Part shown: piece by piece, positions 9,581 to 20,000 of the stretch
Position numbering within the stretch: position 1 is the first letter of the stretch
Layout of the letters: each line of letters starts with the position of its first letter
DNA from: Acidobacteriota bacterium
Lineage (GTDB): Bacteria > Acidobacteriota > UBA6911 > RPQK01 > JAJDTT01
Direction of reading: 5' to 3'
DNA length: 64,000 bases
NCBI GenBank assembly: GCA_965209055.1
Contig: OZ242374.1
Coordinates: 3,040,001-3,104,000, forward strand
Notes under the pieces: model-generated
Told to the model about the DNA's origin: nothing
What the model saw: only the letters and a program-made list of their open reading frames with translations
The model's database searches: none
Made by a program: the position numbers and the translations under genes

Positions 9581-11329
9581 TTATACAAAATCGGACTCTA
9601 TTTTCTTGCGGATCTGCGCCTTCATTGCCAGAAGCTCCTGCAAATTTTCGGTTGACGAAGCGTTCTTCTCCTCTTCCAGAATCTGTTGCTGCACCTGCCG
9701 GCTCAGGTTCTCGAAATGCTTGCGTCTCAGCGCCCGAATGCACTCGAGAACGACCTCGTCCGAAAGCGTTTCGTCGGCCAGAGCCAGGTTTTCCAGGAGA
9801 TCCATGTCCTCCGCGTCGAGCCGCTCCGAGGCCGCGGTTACCGTCAGGCCCCGCTGCTGACCGTTCAATTCGAACAAGGCCTTGAAGATCTTGCCCGATT
9901 CCAGGTTCTCGAACCAGTCGGGTTCCACTTCGCTGAAGACCCGATGCCCATGGTCCGGATCAAGGGCGGCCAGCACCAAGGTCTTCTCGGCCCGAGTGAC
10001 GGCCGCCGGCCGTGGAGACTGCGCTGCGAGAAGTTGCCTGGACCGGGGTTTGCGGACGTAGCGCATCTCCGCCAGGATCAGGTTCTCATCCAGTCTCAGA
10101 AGCGAGGCTGTCCGGGACACGGCTTCGGCGCGCTCGATTCGATTGGCGATCGCGGCAAGGTGAGGCACGACCTGTTCCACGATTTCCCGTTTACCCGCGG
10201 GACTGTACGGATCCTTGTGCCGGCCAACCAGCCAGGAGAGCAGAAAAGACAGAAGAGGGACGGATGATCGCAGCACCTCACCGTAGGCCTGCGCCCCGTG
10301 TTCTCTCAAAAAGGAGTCGGGATCCCGGCCGCCTGGAACCTGGGCAATGCTCACACTGAAACCTTCGCGCACGAAGATGTCCGCCGAGCGCACGGTCGCG
10401 TTGGCTCCGGCCGTGTCCGGATCGTAGTTGATCATGACTCGACGCGTGTAGTGCCGCAGCAGCTTGGCCTGGTCGGTCGTGAGACTGGTGCCCAGCGAGG
10501 CGATCACGTTCCGGAAGCCGAACTGATGAGGCATGACACAGTCGAAATAACCCTCCACCAGAATGGCGAAACCCCTCCTGCGAATCTCCGGACGGCTCAG
10601 GTCCAGGGCGAACAGATTGGCGCCTTTCTTGTAGAGGTCGCTGTCGGGAGAGTTGAGGTACTTGGGGACGCCGTCTCCCATGACCCGTCCGCCGAAGGCC
10701 ACGATCCTCCCTTGCAGATCCCGGATCGGAAATATCACACGCCGGCGAAGGTACTCGTAGGGGCGGCCCCCTCTTCCCTCCTTGACCAGGCCACAGGCCA
10801 TCAGTTCCTGATTCGTAAAACCCTCCCGGCGAAGCTCGGTAACCAATTGACCGCCGCCCGGGGCATAGCCGACCTGGAATCGCTCGACGGTTTCAGCGTT
10901 GATCTGCCGGTTCTGCAGATAGTCCCTGGCCGCGCCCGACCGCTCCAGGAACCGGCGGTAGAGTTTCCCGGCCAGTTCCATGGCTTGACGCAGGCGCTGC
11001 GTCCGCTGGGTCCGCGGGTTTTGACTGGCCTCCGACTGACGGACCGCGATGCCCGAGCGCTCCGCCAGAAACTTCACCGATTCGGGAAAGGTCCGGTTTT
11101 CCATCAGCATGATGAACTTGAAGATGTCCCCGCCGGAGCCGCACCCGAAACACTTGAAGATCTGCTTGCTTTCGCTGACCAGAAACGAAGGGGTCTTTTC
11201 GGCGTGAAAGGGACAGAGGGCGGAGTGGTTCTGCCCCTGCTTCTTCAGGGGGAGGTAGCCGCGGATCAGATCCACGATATTGATGCTGTTGCGGATCTGT
11301 TCCACGATCCGGTCGTCGAACTTCATCAC
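9581..11329 (-). CDS. dnaG: DNA primase
   Basis: [11 protein letters not shown]...CFGC zinc finger, PKYLNSP and TOPRIM VEGYFD / YDPDTAG motifs. Confidence 0.97.
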   Translation of the reverse strand: MMKFDDRIVEQIRNSINIVDLIRGYLPLKKQGQNHSALCPFHAEKTPSFLVSESKQIFKCFGCGSGGDIFKFIMLMENRTFPESVKFLAERSGIAVRQSEASQNPRTQRTQRLRQAMELAGKLYRRFLERSGAARDYLQNRQINAETVERFQVGYAPGGGQLVTELRREGFTNQELMACGLVKEGRGGRPYEYLRRRVIFPIRDLQGRIVAFGGRVMGDGVPKYLNSPDSDLYKKGANLFALDLSRPEIRRRGFAILVEGYFDCVMPHQFGFRNVIASLGTSLTTDQAKLLRHYTRRVMINYDPDTAGANATVRSADIFVREGFSVSIAQVPGGRDPDSFLREHGAQAYGEVLRSSVPLLSFLLSWLVGRHKDPYSPAGKREIVEQVVPHLAAIANRIERAEAVSRTASLLRLDENLILAEMRYVRKPRSRQLLAAQSPRPAAVTRAEKTLVLAALDPDHGHRVFSEVEPDWFENLESGKIFKALFELNGQQRGLTVTAASERLDAEDMDLLENLALADETLSDEVVLECIRALRRKHFENLSRQVQQQILEEEKNASSTENLQELLAMKAQIRKKIESDFV

Positions 11330-11475
11330 TGAGTCGTGATCGGGGCCGCAACCGGCGGAGCCCGGATGACTTCACATGCCGAGCCGGTGCGCGCCCGAAA
11401 AAAGGTCCTTTCCTTGTCGTGCCCTCAGTGAGCCGGTGAGAGATTCCGGTTAGAAGTTACCAGAATCAGTCCGGG

Positions 11476-12234
11476 TCAGTCGGAGTCCCGCCGACGGTTG
11501 ATCATGCTGGCCACGTAGCCGGCGCCGAACCCGTTGTCGATGTTGACCACCGACACGTTCGCCGCGCAACTGTTGAGCATGCCCAGGAGCGCGGCCAGGC
11601 CGCCGAAGGAAGCCCCGTATCCCACGCTGGTGGGAACCGCGATCACCGGCAGATCGACCAGGCCGCCCACCACGCTGGGAAGGGCTCCCTCCATGCCGGC
11701 GACGGCGATCACCACCGTGCATGACGCCAACAGCTCCCGTTGCCCCAGGATCCGATGCAGCCCCGCCACGCCCACGTCGTAGCAGGGGACGGCTTTGTTG
11801 CCCATGACCCTTGCCGTGACCAGGGCCTCTTCGGCGACCGGAATGTCCGCGGTGCCGGCGGCGAAGACCCCGATGGTGCCCCGGCCCCGATCGGCCGGAT
11901 CCCGGACCACCTCCAGGATCCGGCTCCGGCTGTGGAACACGGCTTCCGGACAGGACGCCTTCAGCCGGATGTGGACTTCCTCGCTGGTGGAAGTGATGAG
12001 CAGGTTCGAGTGGTTCTCCAGCAACGCCTCCGCAATCCGGAGGATCTGGTCCGGACTCTTGCCCCTCCCGAAAACGACCTCGGGAAAGCCTTGCCGAAGA
12101 CTCCGGTGGTGGTCGACCTTGGCAAAATCCAGATCTTCGTAAGGCAGGTCGTGGAGCAGCCGGAGCAACTCCCTCTCCGGCAGGCGGCCCTCCTTGAAGT
12201 TGCGAAGGGCCTGCTTCAGCGATTCCGGGATCAT
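11476..12234 (-). CDS. larB: Nickel-pincer cofactor biosynthesis carboxylase (PurE-like)
   Basis: [55 protein letters not shown] and [10 protein letters not shown]. Confidence 0.93.
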   Translation of the reverse strand: MIPESLKQALRNFKEGRLPERELLRLLHDLPYEDLDFAKVDHHRSLRQGFPEVVFGRGKSPDQILRIAEALLENHSNLLITSTSEEVHIRLKASCPEAVFHSRSRILEVVRDPADRGRGTIGVFAAGTADIPVAEEALVTARVMGNKAVPCYDVGVAGLHRILGQRELLASCTVVIAVAGMEGALPSVVGGLVDLPVIAVPTSVGYGASFGGLAALLGMLNSCAANVSVVNIDNGFGAGYVASMINRRRDSD

Positions 12235-14477
12235 CGGCGCTGCCGGCGGCGCCTCCGGCGATTCCCCTGTTGCTCTCGACGCCCCGGACGTCGTCGATGG
12301 TCCGTACGGCGTGGATGCCGCGGCTGCCCCCGATCCCTTTGCTGTTCCCGATCCCCTTGCTGTTCTCGATCCCCTGGCTGCTCCCGATCCCCTTGCTGGT
12401 CTCTGAGCACGGCGCGGCGGCTGAGCCGGATCTTGTTGTTGTCGTCGACGTTGAGGACCTTCACCATCATCTTGTCCCCATTGCTGATCTCCTGGTGGAT
12501 GTCCCGGATCCGGTGTTCCGCGACTTCGGAGATGTGCAGCAGCCCTTCCGTGCCCGGGAAGATCTCGACGAAGGCTCCGAAGTCCACCACCTTCATCACC
12601 GTCCCCAGATAGGTTTTCCCGATTTCGGCGGTGGCCGTCAGATCTTCAATGATCCGGATCGCCTTTTCGGTCGCCTCGCTGCTGGTGGAAGCGATGTTGA
12701 CCGTGCCGTCGTCTTCGATGTCGATCTTCACTCCCGTCTGATCGATGATGCTGCGGATCATCTTCCCGCCGGGACCGATGACCCCGCCGATCTTCTTGAC
12801 CGGGATCTTGATGGTGACGATACGAGGCGCCAATTTGGAAATGTCGGGGCGCGGCTCGGCTATGGTCGCGGCCATCCGATCGAGGATGTGCAGCCGGCCC
12901 TCCCGGGCCTGGAGCAGCGCTTCCTCCATGATCTCTCGCGTGACCCCCGCGATCTTGATGTCCATCTGCAGGGCGGTGATCCCGTCCCGGCTGCCGGCGA
13001 CCTTGAAGTCCATATCTCCGTAGTGGTCCTCGAATCCGGCGATATCCGACAGGACGGCATAGTCGTCTCCCTCCTTGACCAGTCCCATGGCGATGCCGGC
13101 GATGGCTCCCTTGAGCGGCACGCCTGCGTCCTGCAGCGCCATGACGGCGCCGCAGACGGTAGCCATGGACGAAGAGCCGTTGGACTCCAGGATGTCCGAT
13201 ACCACCCGGACCGTGTAGGGGAACTCCTCCTCCGATGGAAGCATCGGCGTGACGGCTCTCTCCGCCAGGACTCCGTGCCCGATTTCCCGCCGGCCCGGGC
13301 CCCTCAGGAATCTCACCTCCCCCACGCTGAAGGGCGGGAAGTTGTAGTGGAGCATGAAGCGTTTCGAGCTCTCCCCGGTGAGCAGATCCAGGCGCTGGGC
13401 GTCATCTCCGGTCCCCAGCGTGGACGTCACCAGGGCCTGGGTCTCGCCTCGCGTGAAAAGGGCCGATCCGTGCGCCCGCGGCAGTAGGCCCACTTCGCTG
13501 GAGACGGCCCTCACCTGGTCGAAACTGCGCCCGTCGGGACGGCGTCCATCCTGCAGCAGCCGTTCCCGGAACAGCCTCTCCTTGAGCCGGTTGAAGCAGA
13601 CTGCCGCCTCGGCTCTCTTTTCGCCGGTTTCATCGGGGATGGAATCGAGAACGTCACGCTTGGCGTCACTCATGTTTCGTTCGCTGGCCAATTTTCCGGG
13701 GGTATGGAGAGCCTCCAGAATCTTCTCCTTGGCCAGGGCCTCGACCTGGTCCACGAGTTCCGGGTCGAGCGATCCGGGCTCCACGGTCCGTTTGGCAACC
13801 GGGCGGCGTTCCGCCAGCTCGCGAATCCCCTGGATAACGGGCCGGATGCCATGCTCGTGACCGTATTCGATGGCATCGACGACGACCTTTTCCGAGACCT
13901 CCCGCATCGTGGCTTCCACCATGGTGATGCCGTCCCACGAGCCGGACAGGATCAGGTTCAGATCGCTCTCTTCCAACTGGGAATAGCTGGGGTTGAGAAT
14001 GAAGCGGCCGTCGACGCGGCCCACCCGCACCGCCCCGAGGGGAAACGGGAAGGGGATGTCGGACAGGGCCAGTGCCGCCGACGCGCCATTCAGAGCCAGA
14101 ATATCCGGGTTCGTCTCCGGGTCGGCCGACATCACCATGGCCACGATCTGGGTCTCGCAAGCAAAGCCGTCCGGGAAGAGCGGGCGGATGGGACGGTCGA
14201 TGAGGCGACTCGTCAGGACCTCTTTTTCGGTGGGTCTGCCCTCCCGTTTGAAAAAGCCGCCCGGAATCTTGCCCGCGGCATAGGTGTATTCCCGGTAGTC
14301 GCAAGTCAGCGGGAAGAAGCTCAAATTCTCCCGAGGCTCGCGTTGGGAACAGGCCGAAACCAGGACCATTGTCTCTTCGAGGCGAACGACGGCGGCGCCG
14401 TCGGCTTGCTTGGCCATTTTTCCGGTTTCGATGGAAAGGACTTTACCGTCCAGGTGAACTTCTATTTTCTCCGACAT
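12231..14477 (-). CDS. pnp: Polynucleotide phosphorylase
   Basis: [30 protein letters not shown] and GDMDFKVAG motifs; KH and S1 domains. Confidence 0.98.
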   Translation of the reverse strand: MSEKIEVHLDGKVLSIETGKMAKQADGAAVVRLEETMVLVSACSQREPRENLSFFPLTCDYREYTYAAGKIPGGFFKREGRPTEKEVLTSRLIDRPIRPLFPDGFACETQIVAMVMSADPETNPDILALNGASAALALSDIPFPFPLGAVRVGRVDGRFILNPSYSQLEESDLNLILSGSWDGITMVEATMREVSEKVVVDAIEYGHEHGIRPVIQGIRELAERRPVAKRTVEPGSLDPELVDQVEALAKEKILEALHTPGKLASERNMSDAKRDVLDSIPDETGEKRAEAAVCFNRLKERLFRERLLQDGRRPDGRSFDQVRAVSSEVGLLPRAHGSALFTRGETQALVTSTLGTGDDAQRLDLLTGESSKRFMLHYNFPPFSVGEVRFLRGPGRREIGHGVLAERAVTPMLPSEEEFPYTVRVVSDILESNGSSSMATVCGAVMALQDAGVPLKGAIAGIAMGLVKEGDDYAVLSDIAGFEDHYGDMDFKVAGSRDGITALQMDIKIAGVTREIMEEALLQAREGRLHILDRMAATIAEPRPDISKLAPRIVTIKIPVKKIGGVIGPGGKMIRSIIDQTGVKIDIEDDGTVNIASTSSEATEKAIRIIEDLTATAEIGKTYLGTVMKVVDFGAFVEIFPGTEGLLHISEVAEHRIRDIHQEISNGDKMMVKVLNVDDNNKIRLSRRAVLRDQQGDREQPGDREQQGDREQQRDRGQPRHPRRTDHRRRPGRREQQGNRRRRRRQRR
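12329..12400 (-). repeat. 4 x 18-bp coding tandem repeat in the PNPase tail
   Basis: Units cccgatccctttgctgtt, cccgatccccttgctgtt, ctcgatcccctggctgct and cccgatccccttgctggt, encoding (E/D)QQGDR-like hexapeptides. Confidence 0.85.
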
Positions 14478-14652
14478 TCCTTCTCCTTTAAGGGTTTTAC
14501 GGTGCGTGAAACCGTTCTCAGCCGTCGCGGCAACCGTATGAGCAGATTCTCACCGGGGGTGTGAGTGCCGTTTTCCGTCCGGCTCGAAAGCCGGTGGCCG
14601 GAGGGTCGCCGGGGTCAAGATTCGGAAACACTATGGTTGGGCGTACCGCTGT

Positions 14653-14919
14653 TCACTTGCGAATTCCCAGGCGACCGATCAACTCCTTGTAGCGGCCGAA
14701 GTCGATCCGCTTCAGATAGTCCAGAAGCCGACGCCGCTGACCGACGAGTTTCAACAGCCCCCGCCGGGAGTGGTGGTCTTTCTTGTGGGATTTGAAGTGT
14801 TCAGTGAGGTAACCGATTCGGTGGCTCAGAATGGCAACCTGGACTTCGGGCGAGCCGGTATCGGTTCGGTGCAGTTGGTAGCCTATGATGAGCTCTTCTT
14901 TCTGTTCCTTAGTCAACAT
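14653..14919 (-). CDS. rpsO: 30S ribosomal protein S15
   Basis: [12 protein letters not shown] and [25 protein letters not shown]. Confidence 0.98.
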   Translation of the reverse strand: MLTKEQKEELIIGYQLHRTDTGSPEVQVAILSHRIGYLTEHFKSHKKDHHSRRGLLKLVGQRRRLLDYLKRIDFGRYKELIGRLGIRK

Positions 14920-15040
14920 TTTCTTCTTCGTTCGCGCGTCAATCTAGCAGAGACGGGAGTCTTCTGGCAACCGAACCGGTGGGTCCTGGGGAGAAACCGA
15001 GGGGCCCGCAGACCGATTCCAAATCCCGAACGACTCCCGA

Positions 15041-15216
15041 GGAGCGGCGGTTTCCCAACCGCCGATTCCCGAAGGGGCGGCGGTTTCCAACCGCCGATTC
15101 CCGCAGGAGCGGCGGTTTCCAAACCGCCGATTCCCGCAGGAGCGGCGGTTTCCAACCGCCGATTCTTTGGACATGTCCTAACGAGAGGGAACCGGCCGAT
15201 TGGAAATCGTTCCTCC
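15041..15216. repeat. Tandem REP array (4 x 32-33 bp) plus one inverted degenerate copy
   Basis: GG(A/G)GCGGCGGTTTCC(n)AACCGCCGATTC units start at 15041, 15074, 15106 and 15139; inverted ccggccgattggaaatcgttcctcc at 15192-15216. Confidence 0.85.
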
Positions 15217-15217
15217 G

Positions 15218-16123
15218 TCAGGCCTTGGGGTGGGCGGCCCGGTAGACCTTCTGCAGGTGCTCGATGGAGACGTGGGTGTAGCGCTGGGTAGTGGAGAGGC
15301 TCTCATGTCCCAGGAGTTCCTGAATCGAGCGCAGGTCGGCGCCGTTGTTGAGCAGGTGCGTGGCGAAGGAGTGGCGAAAAAGGTGCGGGTGGACGTCCAG
15401 CAGCAAGGCCGCTTGCCGGATGTAGGCCCCCAGGTTTCTCTGGACCGAGCGGGCGGTGAGGCGGCCTCCGCGCAGATTCAGGAACAGGGCTGGGGTTTGC
15501 GGACGGTCCTTGCGCTTGGCCAGGATGCGCCTCCTGGCCTCCAGGTAGGCGGCCAGACTCGCACGGGAAGGTTCTCCGAAGGGGACCACCCGCTCCTTGT
15601 TCCCCTTCCCCCGGACCCGCACCAGCCGGCGGTTCATGGAGAGATCGATGAGGTTCAGGCCGACCAGCTCTCCCACCCGCAGGCCGCTGGCATAGAGGAG
15701 TTCCAGAATGGCCCGGTCCCGGATTCCCTTCTCGGTCTTCGCCGGAGGCAGACTGAGGATGGATTCGACCTCCGGGAGGGAGAGGAAACGGGGTGTTCTG
15801 AGTGGCTGGCGGGGCGTCCGCACCAACTTGGCCGGATTCCGGTCCAGGTGGCCCTCCCGGTAGAGGTAGCGGAAGAAGGACCGCAATACCGACAGTTTCC
15901 GGGCGATGGTCACCTTCCGGTTCCCCGCCTGGCTCAACCGGCTCAGGAATTCCCGGATGGTGATGTGGTCCAGATCGGAAGGCTTGATCTCTCTGTCGGT
16001 GCGGCCGTCAGTCAGGTGGCGGAGGAATTGGTCCAGGTCGCGGGAGTAGCTCTCCACGGTGTGGGGGGAGTAGTTCTTCTCGAACCTCAAATGAGCGACG
16101 AAGGATGCCATCAGTGCCTGCAT
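15218..16123 (-). CDS. xerC: Tyrosine recombinase XerC
   Basis: YSPHTVESYSRDL, RDRAILELLYASGLRVGEL, GKGNKER, HPHLFRHSFATHLL, GADLRSIQELLGH and TTQRYTH. The upstream extension of the listed ORF is an alternate frame of ntrX. Confidence 0.9.
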   Translation of the reverse strand: MQALMASFVAHLRFEKNYSPHTVESYSRDLDQFLRHLTDGRTDREIKPSDLDHITIREFLSRLSQAGNRKVTIARKLSVLRSFFRYLYREGHLDRNPAKLVRTPRQPLRTPRFLSLPEVESILSLPPAKTEKGIRDRAILELLYASGLRVGELVGLNLIDLSMNRRLVRVRGKGNKERVVPFGEPSRASLAAYLEARRRILAKRKDRPQTPALFLNLRGGRLTARSVQRNLGAYIRQAALLLDVHPHLFRHSFATHLLNNGADLRSIQELLGHESLSTTQRYTHVSIEHLQKVYRAAHPKA

Positions 16124-16143
16124 GAACTTCGATCTCGAATCGG

Positions 16144-17616
16144 TCAGCGGTTCACCTTCCGTCCCCGGGCCGCATCCGAACGCTCCTGCCGGCCCCCGCG
16201 CTTTCCGCGTGAAGCGCCGACGCTGATCCCGTGGGCCTTGAGTTTCCGGTGCAGGTGAGAACGCTCCATCCCGATCTCGGCGGCCGTTCTGGAAATGTTG
16301 CCGCCATATTGCTGCAGTTTCCGGGTCAGGAATTCGGACTCGAACGCCGCGCGCGCTTCCTGCCAGCTCCGGACTTCCGGCCGGGAGGCGCCGGACCCGT
16401 CCAGGATCGACCGGGGCAGGTCCGAAAGCTTCACCCGGCCGCCGGGGACCATGATAATCCACCGCTCGACGATGTTGCGGAGTTCGCGGACGTTCCCCGG
16501 CCAGTGATAGCGGAGGAGCCGATCCCGGACTTCCGGAGGAATGATCTTGGCCGGTTTCCCATGATGAGGACTGAGCACCTCCATGAAGTAGTCCAGAAGC
16601 TGTGGAATGTCCTCCTTGCGCTCCCGCAACGGCGGGACTTCGAAGGGGATGACGTTGAGCCGGAAATAGAGGTCCTCCCGGAACAGTCCGGTTTCGATCT
16701 GCTTCTCCAGGTCCTTGTTGGTCGCCGCCAGGACCCGCGTATCCACCTCGGTGGGCCGCTGGCTGCCTACCGGATAAAATCGTTGATTCTCCAGCACCCG
16801 CAGGACCCGGGCCTGGGTCTTGAGGCTCATGTCCGCCACTTCGTCCAGAAAGAGAGTGCCGCCGTCGGCCAGCTTGAAGCGCCCCTTCCGGTTCTCGGTC
16901 GACCCGGTGAACCCTCCCTTGGCGCTGCCGAACAGTTCGCTCTCGATCAGGTCGTCCGGAATGGCCGCGCAATTGACTTCGACGAAGGGCCCCTCCCGGC
17001 GGGCGCTGTTGAGGTGGAGCAATCGCGCCACCAGTTCCTTGCCGGTGCCGTTCTCGCCGTAAATGACCACCCTTCCTTCCGTGGGGGCCGCGAAGTCGAT
17101 CTGTTGCCGAAGCGCCTGCATCGGCACCGAGGTGCCGATCATGACCGTCTCCTGCCGGACAAGGTCCTTCAGGCTCCGGTTTTCCGTTTCCAGGCGCTTC
17201 TGCTTGAGCGCATGGCTCAGCACCAGCAGGACCTTGTCCCGGGCCAACGGTTTCTCGATGAAGTCGTAGGCTCCCAACTTGGTGGCCTGGACCGCCGTCT
17301 CGATGGTGCCGTGGCCGGAGATCATGATGACGTACTGGCGGGGGCGCCGGGCTCGAATCCGCTTGAGGGCATCGATCCCGTCCATGCCGGGCAACCAGAT
17401 ATCGAGGAAGATGGCGTCGTAGGTGGTCCGGTCCACGAGGCGCAGCCCTTCCTCGGCGCTGGACGCCGTTTCCACCAGGTAGCCCTCGTCTCCCAGGACT
17501 CCAGCCAACGAACGGAGCACGCTCCGGTGGTCGTCGACGATCAACAGCCGGATTCTGGGATGGCGTCCGGTCCTGAGCGGATCGTGCCCCGGAGTCTTGC
17601 CGGCTTCGTCGATCAT
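16144..17616 (-). CDS. ntrX: NtrX-like response regulator (REC-AAA+-Fis HTH)
   Basis: LDIWLPGMDG, MISGHG, GENGTGKE, ESELFG, FLDEV, WPGNVREL and ERSHLHRKLK. Confidence 0.85.
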   Translation of the reverse strand: MIDEAGKTPGHDPLRTGRHPRIRLLIVDDHRSVLRSLAGVLGDEGYLVETASSAEEGLRLVDRTTYDAIFLDIWLPGMDGIDALKRIRARRPRQYVIMISGHGTIETAVQATKLGAYDFIEKPLARDKVLLVLSHALKQKRLETENRSLKDLVRQETVMIGTSVPMQALRQQIDFAAPTEGRVVIYGENGTGKELVARLLHLNSARREGPFVEVNCAAIPDDLIESELFGSAKGGFTGSTENRKGRFKLADGGTLFLDEVADMSLKTQARVLRVLENQRFYPVGSQRPTEVDTRVLAATNKDLEKQIETGLFREDLYFRLNVIPFEVPPLRERKEDIPQLLDYFMEVLSPHHGKPAKIIPPEVRDRLLRYHWPGNVRELRNIVERWIIMVPGGRVKLSDLPRSILDGSGASRPEVRSWQEARAAFESEFLTRKLQQYGGNISRTAAEIGMERSHLHRKLKAHGISVGASRGKRGGRQERSDAARGRKVNR

Positions 17617-19820
17617 GCGGATGGAAACTCCATGATGAATCGGGTGCCGCGGGGCTCGTTCCGTTCCGCCCGGATGAAGCCGTCATGCTCGGAGACGATC
17701 TGCCTTACGATGGCCAGTCCCAGGCCCGTGCCCCGCTTCTTGGTGGAGAAGTAGGGAAGGAAGAGATTCTCGTAATCTTCCGGGGAGATCCCGGTTCCGT
17801 TGTCTTCGAATTCCACCACCATCGAGCCCCGGTCCGGATGGTAACGGCTGCGAATCCCGATCCGGCGGCGGCCCTTGACCTCCACCAGGGCGTCGAGGGA
17901 GTTGTCGATCAGGTTGACGAACACCCGCTGGATCTGGACCGGGTCCCAGCGCACCGTCTTGATACGGGGATCGAAGTGGGTTCTCACCCCCACGCTCTTC
18001 AATGCTCCGTCGTAACGGGCCAGGGTCTGTTCCACCAGCCTGGCCGGATCGACCTCCACGGGATGGCAGATGGGAAGCCGGGCGAAACGGGAAAACTCCT
18101 CGACCAGGGTTTTGAGCGTAGCCGCCTCCGTGGTGATCAGAGCCGTCGCTTCCGTCAAGGTCTCGCCAAACCGGCGGGTCTCGCGAGCTCCGGGAAGGGT
18201 CTGCTCGATCCTGTGGAAGCGGTTCCGGATGCGGTCGGCCGAGAGCTGAATCGGTGTCAGGGGGTTCTTGATCTCGTGAGCCAGTCGCCTGGCGACCTCC
18301 TGCCAGGCGGCGAATTTCTCCGCCCGGATCAGCTCCGTCAAGTCGTCCAGGACCACCAGGTGCTCGACGCCGTTCTTGAACGGCAGGTTGGTGGTGGTGG
18401 CGGTGACGGTCAGTGGCGGCTGGCCCTGGCCGCGCTTGAAATTGACCCGGCGCCGATCGGTGCTGAACAGGCTCACCCGTTTTTTCATGTCCTCAAAATC
18501 GGCGTAGACATCCGGCTCCAGAACGCTGCTCAAGGGCCGGTTCAGGATCTGCTCCGGCCCCGCGCCGAACATTTCCATGGCCGCCTGGTTGACGGTGCGG
18601 ATCACATCGTTTCCATCGACGCTCACCACGCCGGTGGCGATATTCTCCAGGATGGCCTCGATATACTTCCGCCGTTCATCCAGGCGCTCGTTGGTCTCCC
18701 GCAACTCGGCGTTGGCCTGCTCCAGCCGCCGCCTGCTTTGGCGAATCTCGTCGGCCATCCGGTTGAAGGAGTCCACCAGGATGCCCAACTCGTCCACCGC
18801 CTTCTGCTCCACCCGGTGGTCCAGGTTCCCTTCGGCAAGCTCCCGCGCGCCCTGGGCCAGGGCCTCCAGCGGAACCGTGATTCGTCTGGCCATATAGGTG
18901 CCCAGCCAGACGAAAACGACCACCACGATCAAGGTGGTGACGGTCATGATCAGGAAGTAGCTGTTTTCGAACTGTTGCCGGCTGCTCATCAACTGGCGGT
19001 GCCTCGCCGCCGCGTCCTGCATTTCCCCAATGCGGAATTTGACGCTGTCGGGCAGTGCGAAGCTGGCCACCAGGCCCCCCACCACCGATCCGTCGGAACC
19101 TCGGGCCGGAACCGCGGCCAATCCCCGGTCGACGAACCTCCGCAGGTTCAGGTCGGCTTGAGAGGAGACGCCATAGTACTCCCTGCCGTCCAGGACATGG
19201 TCCAGCGCAAGGTCCCACGGAGCATCCTCCCAATCGCCCTGCCGGAATCGGACCTTCCGGTCCCGATCCACCAGCATCAGGCCGTCGAACCCGAGCTCGG
19301 CAATGCGGCCGCGCAATGCGGAATCGAAAGAGAAGCCGGCCCAATCGATCCGGCCGCTGAGGGTGCGGGCCGCAACCATGCTCACGGTCTTCTTCTCTTC
19401 GTAATAGTTCGAGGCAATGATTTCAGACGCTTCCAGTAGGTCCTCGGAGGGGGAACTGAACCAGAGCTTGAGGTTTTCGTTGATGAGTCCGGTTGCTACG
19501 AAAAAGTAGATCAGAGCCGGAAAGAGGGAAATGATGGTCAGGGTCAGCACCAGCTTCCGCTTCAGGCGGGTGCCTTCCCGCCTGGATTGATGCTCGAAAA
19601 ACAGCTTGATGAGATTCCGGGCGAAAATGAAGAGAAGCGTCAGAGCCACTATGAAATAGATGGCCCAGACCGCGGACCAGAGAGTCAGATTCGAGACGAA
19701 CTGCGGGTTGCCGACGGAAGTCGGGTTCAGAAAGAGAACGGCTGCCAGCACCAGGAGCGCGGAGAAGGCGAGAAGCGCTCCCGTCCAGTAGATCCTCCGG
19801 AGTCGTTCGGGCCGCTTCAT
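17613..19820 (-). CDS. ntrY: NtrY-like sensor histidine kinase (TM-HAMP-PAS-HisKA-HATPase)
   Basis: HAMP DELGILVDSFNRM, AAWQEVARRLAHEIKNPLTPIQLSA and PYFSTKKRGTGLGL; start placed at ATG 19820. Confidence 0.88.
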   Translation of the reverse strand: MKRPERLRRIYWTGALLAFSALLVLAAVLFLNPTSVGNPQFVSNLTLWSAVWAIYFIVALTLLFIFARNLIKLFFEHQSRREGTRLKRKLVLTLTIISLFPALIYFFVATGLINENLKLWFSSPSEDLLEASEIIASNYYEEKKTVSMVAARTLSGRIDWAGFSFDSALRGRIAELGFDGLMLVDRDRKVRFRQGDWEDAPWDLALDHVLDGREYYGVSSQADLNLRRFVDRGLAAVPARGSDGSVVGGLVASFALPDSVKFRIGEMQDAAARHRQLMSSRQQFENSYFLIMTVTTLIVVVVFVWLGTYMARRITVPLEALAQGARELAEGNLDHRVEQKAVDELGILVDSFNRMADEIRQSRRRLEQANAELRETNERLDERRKYIEAILENIATGVVSVDGNDVIRTVNQAAMEMFGAGPEQILNRPLSSVLEPDVYADFEDMKKRVSLFSTDRRRVNFKRGQGQPPLTVTATTTNLPFKNGVEHLVVLDDLTELIRAEKFAAWQEVARRLAHEIKNPLTPIQLSADRIRNRFHRIEQTLPGARETRRFGETLTEATALITTEAATLKTLVEEFSRFARLPICHPVEVDPARLVEQTLARYDGALKSVGVRTHFDPRIKTVRWDPVQIQRVFVNLIDNSLDALVEVKGRRRIGIRSRYHPDRGSMVVEFEDNGTGISPEDYENLFLPYFSTKKRGTGLGLAIVRQIVSEHDGFIRAERNEPRGTRFIMEFPSA

Positions 19821-20000
19821 GATGCCGGCTAAGTTAAGGGTCGGAAAGCGCCCCGGGGAACGCTTGTCAGGTTTCCCGAATCTTCGGTATTGTAGCATCT
19901 TCTCAGGCCTGAACCGGTCGGCGGGGACGGCGTGGGCGCCGGGCCGCGGGGCCGGATTCGGATTGATCGGATTGCAGGAAGAAACACGGGACAGCGTGTG

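Noticed and set aside
15041-15165. 32-33 bp repeated palindromes as a CRISPR array
   Set aside because: Units are head-to-tail with no unique spacers, no cas genes are present, and the same motif is dispersed at other intergenic sites.
14913-15174. Short repeat-peptide ORFs (ETAAPAGIGG) over the REP array
   Set aside because: These are translations of the DNA palindromic repeat in several frames, with no sign of coding function.
16144-17616. GGFTGS in place of GAFTGA as a novelty
   Set aside because: A degenerate sigma54-contact loop is already known for NtrX-family regulators.
15218-17686. 822-aa XerC fusion ORF, or a phage integrase
   Set aside because: The N-terminal ~520 aa are an alternate frame of ntrX. 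The remaining ~300 aa are a typical chromosomal XerC with no phage genes nearby.
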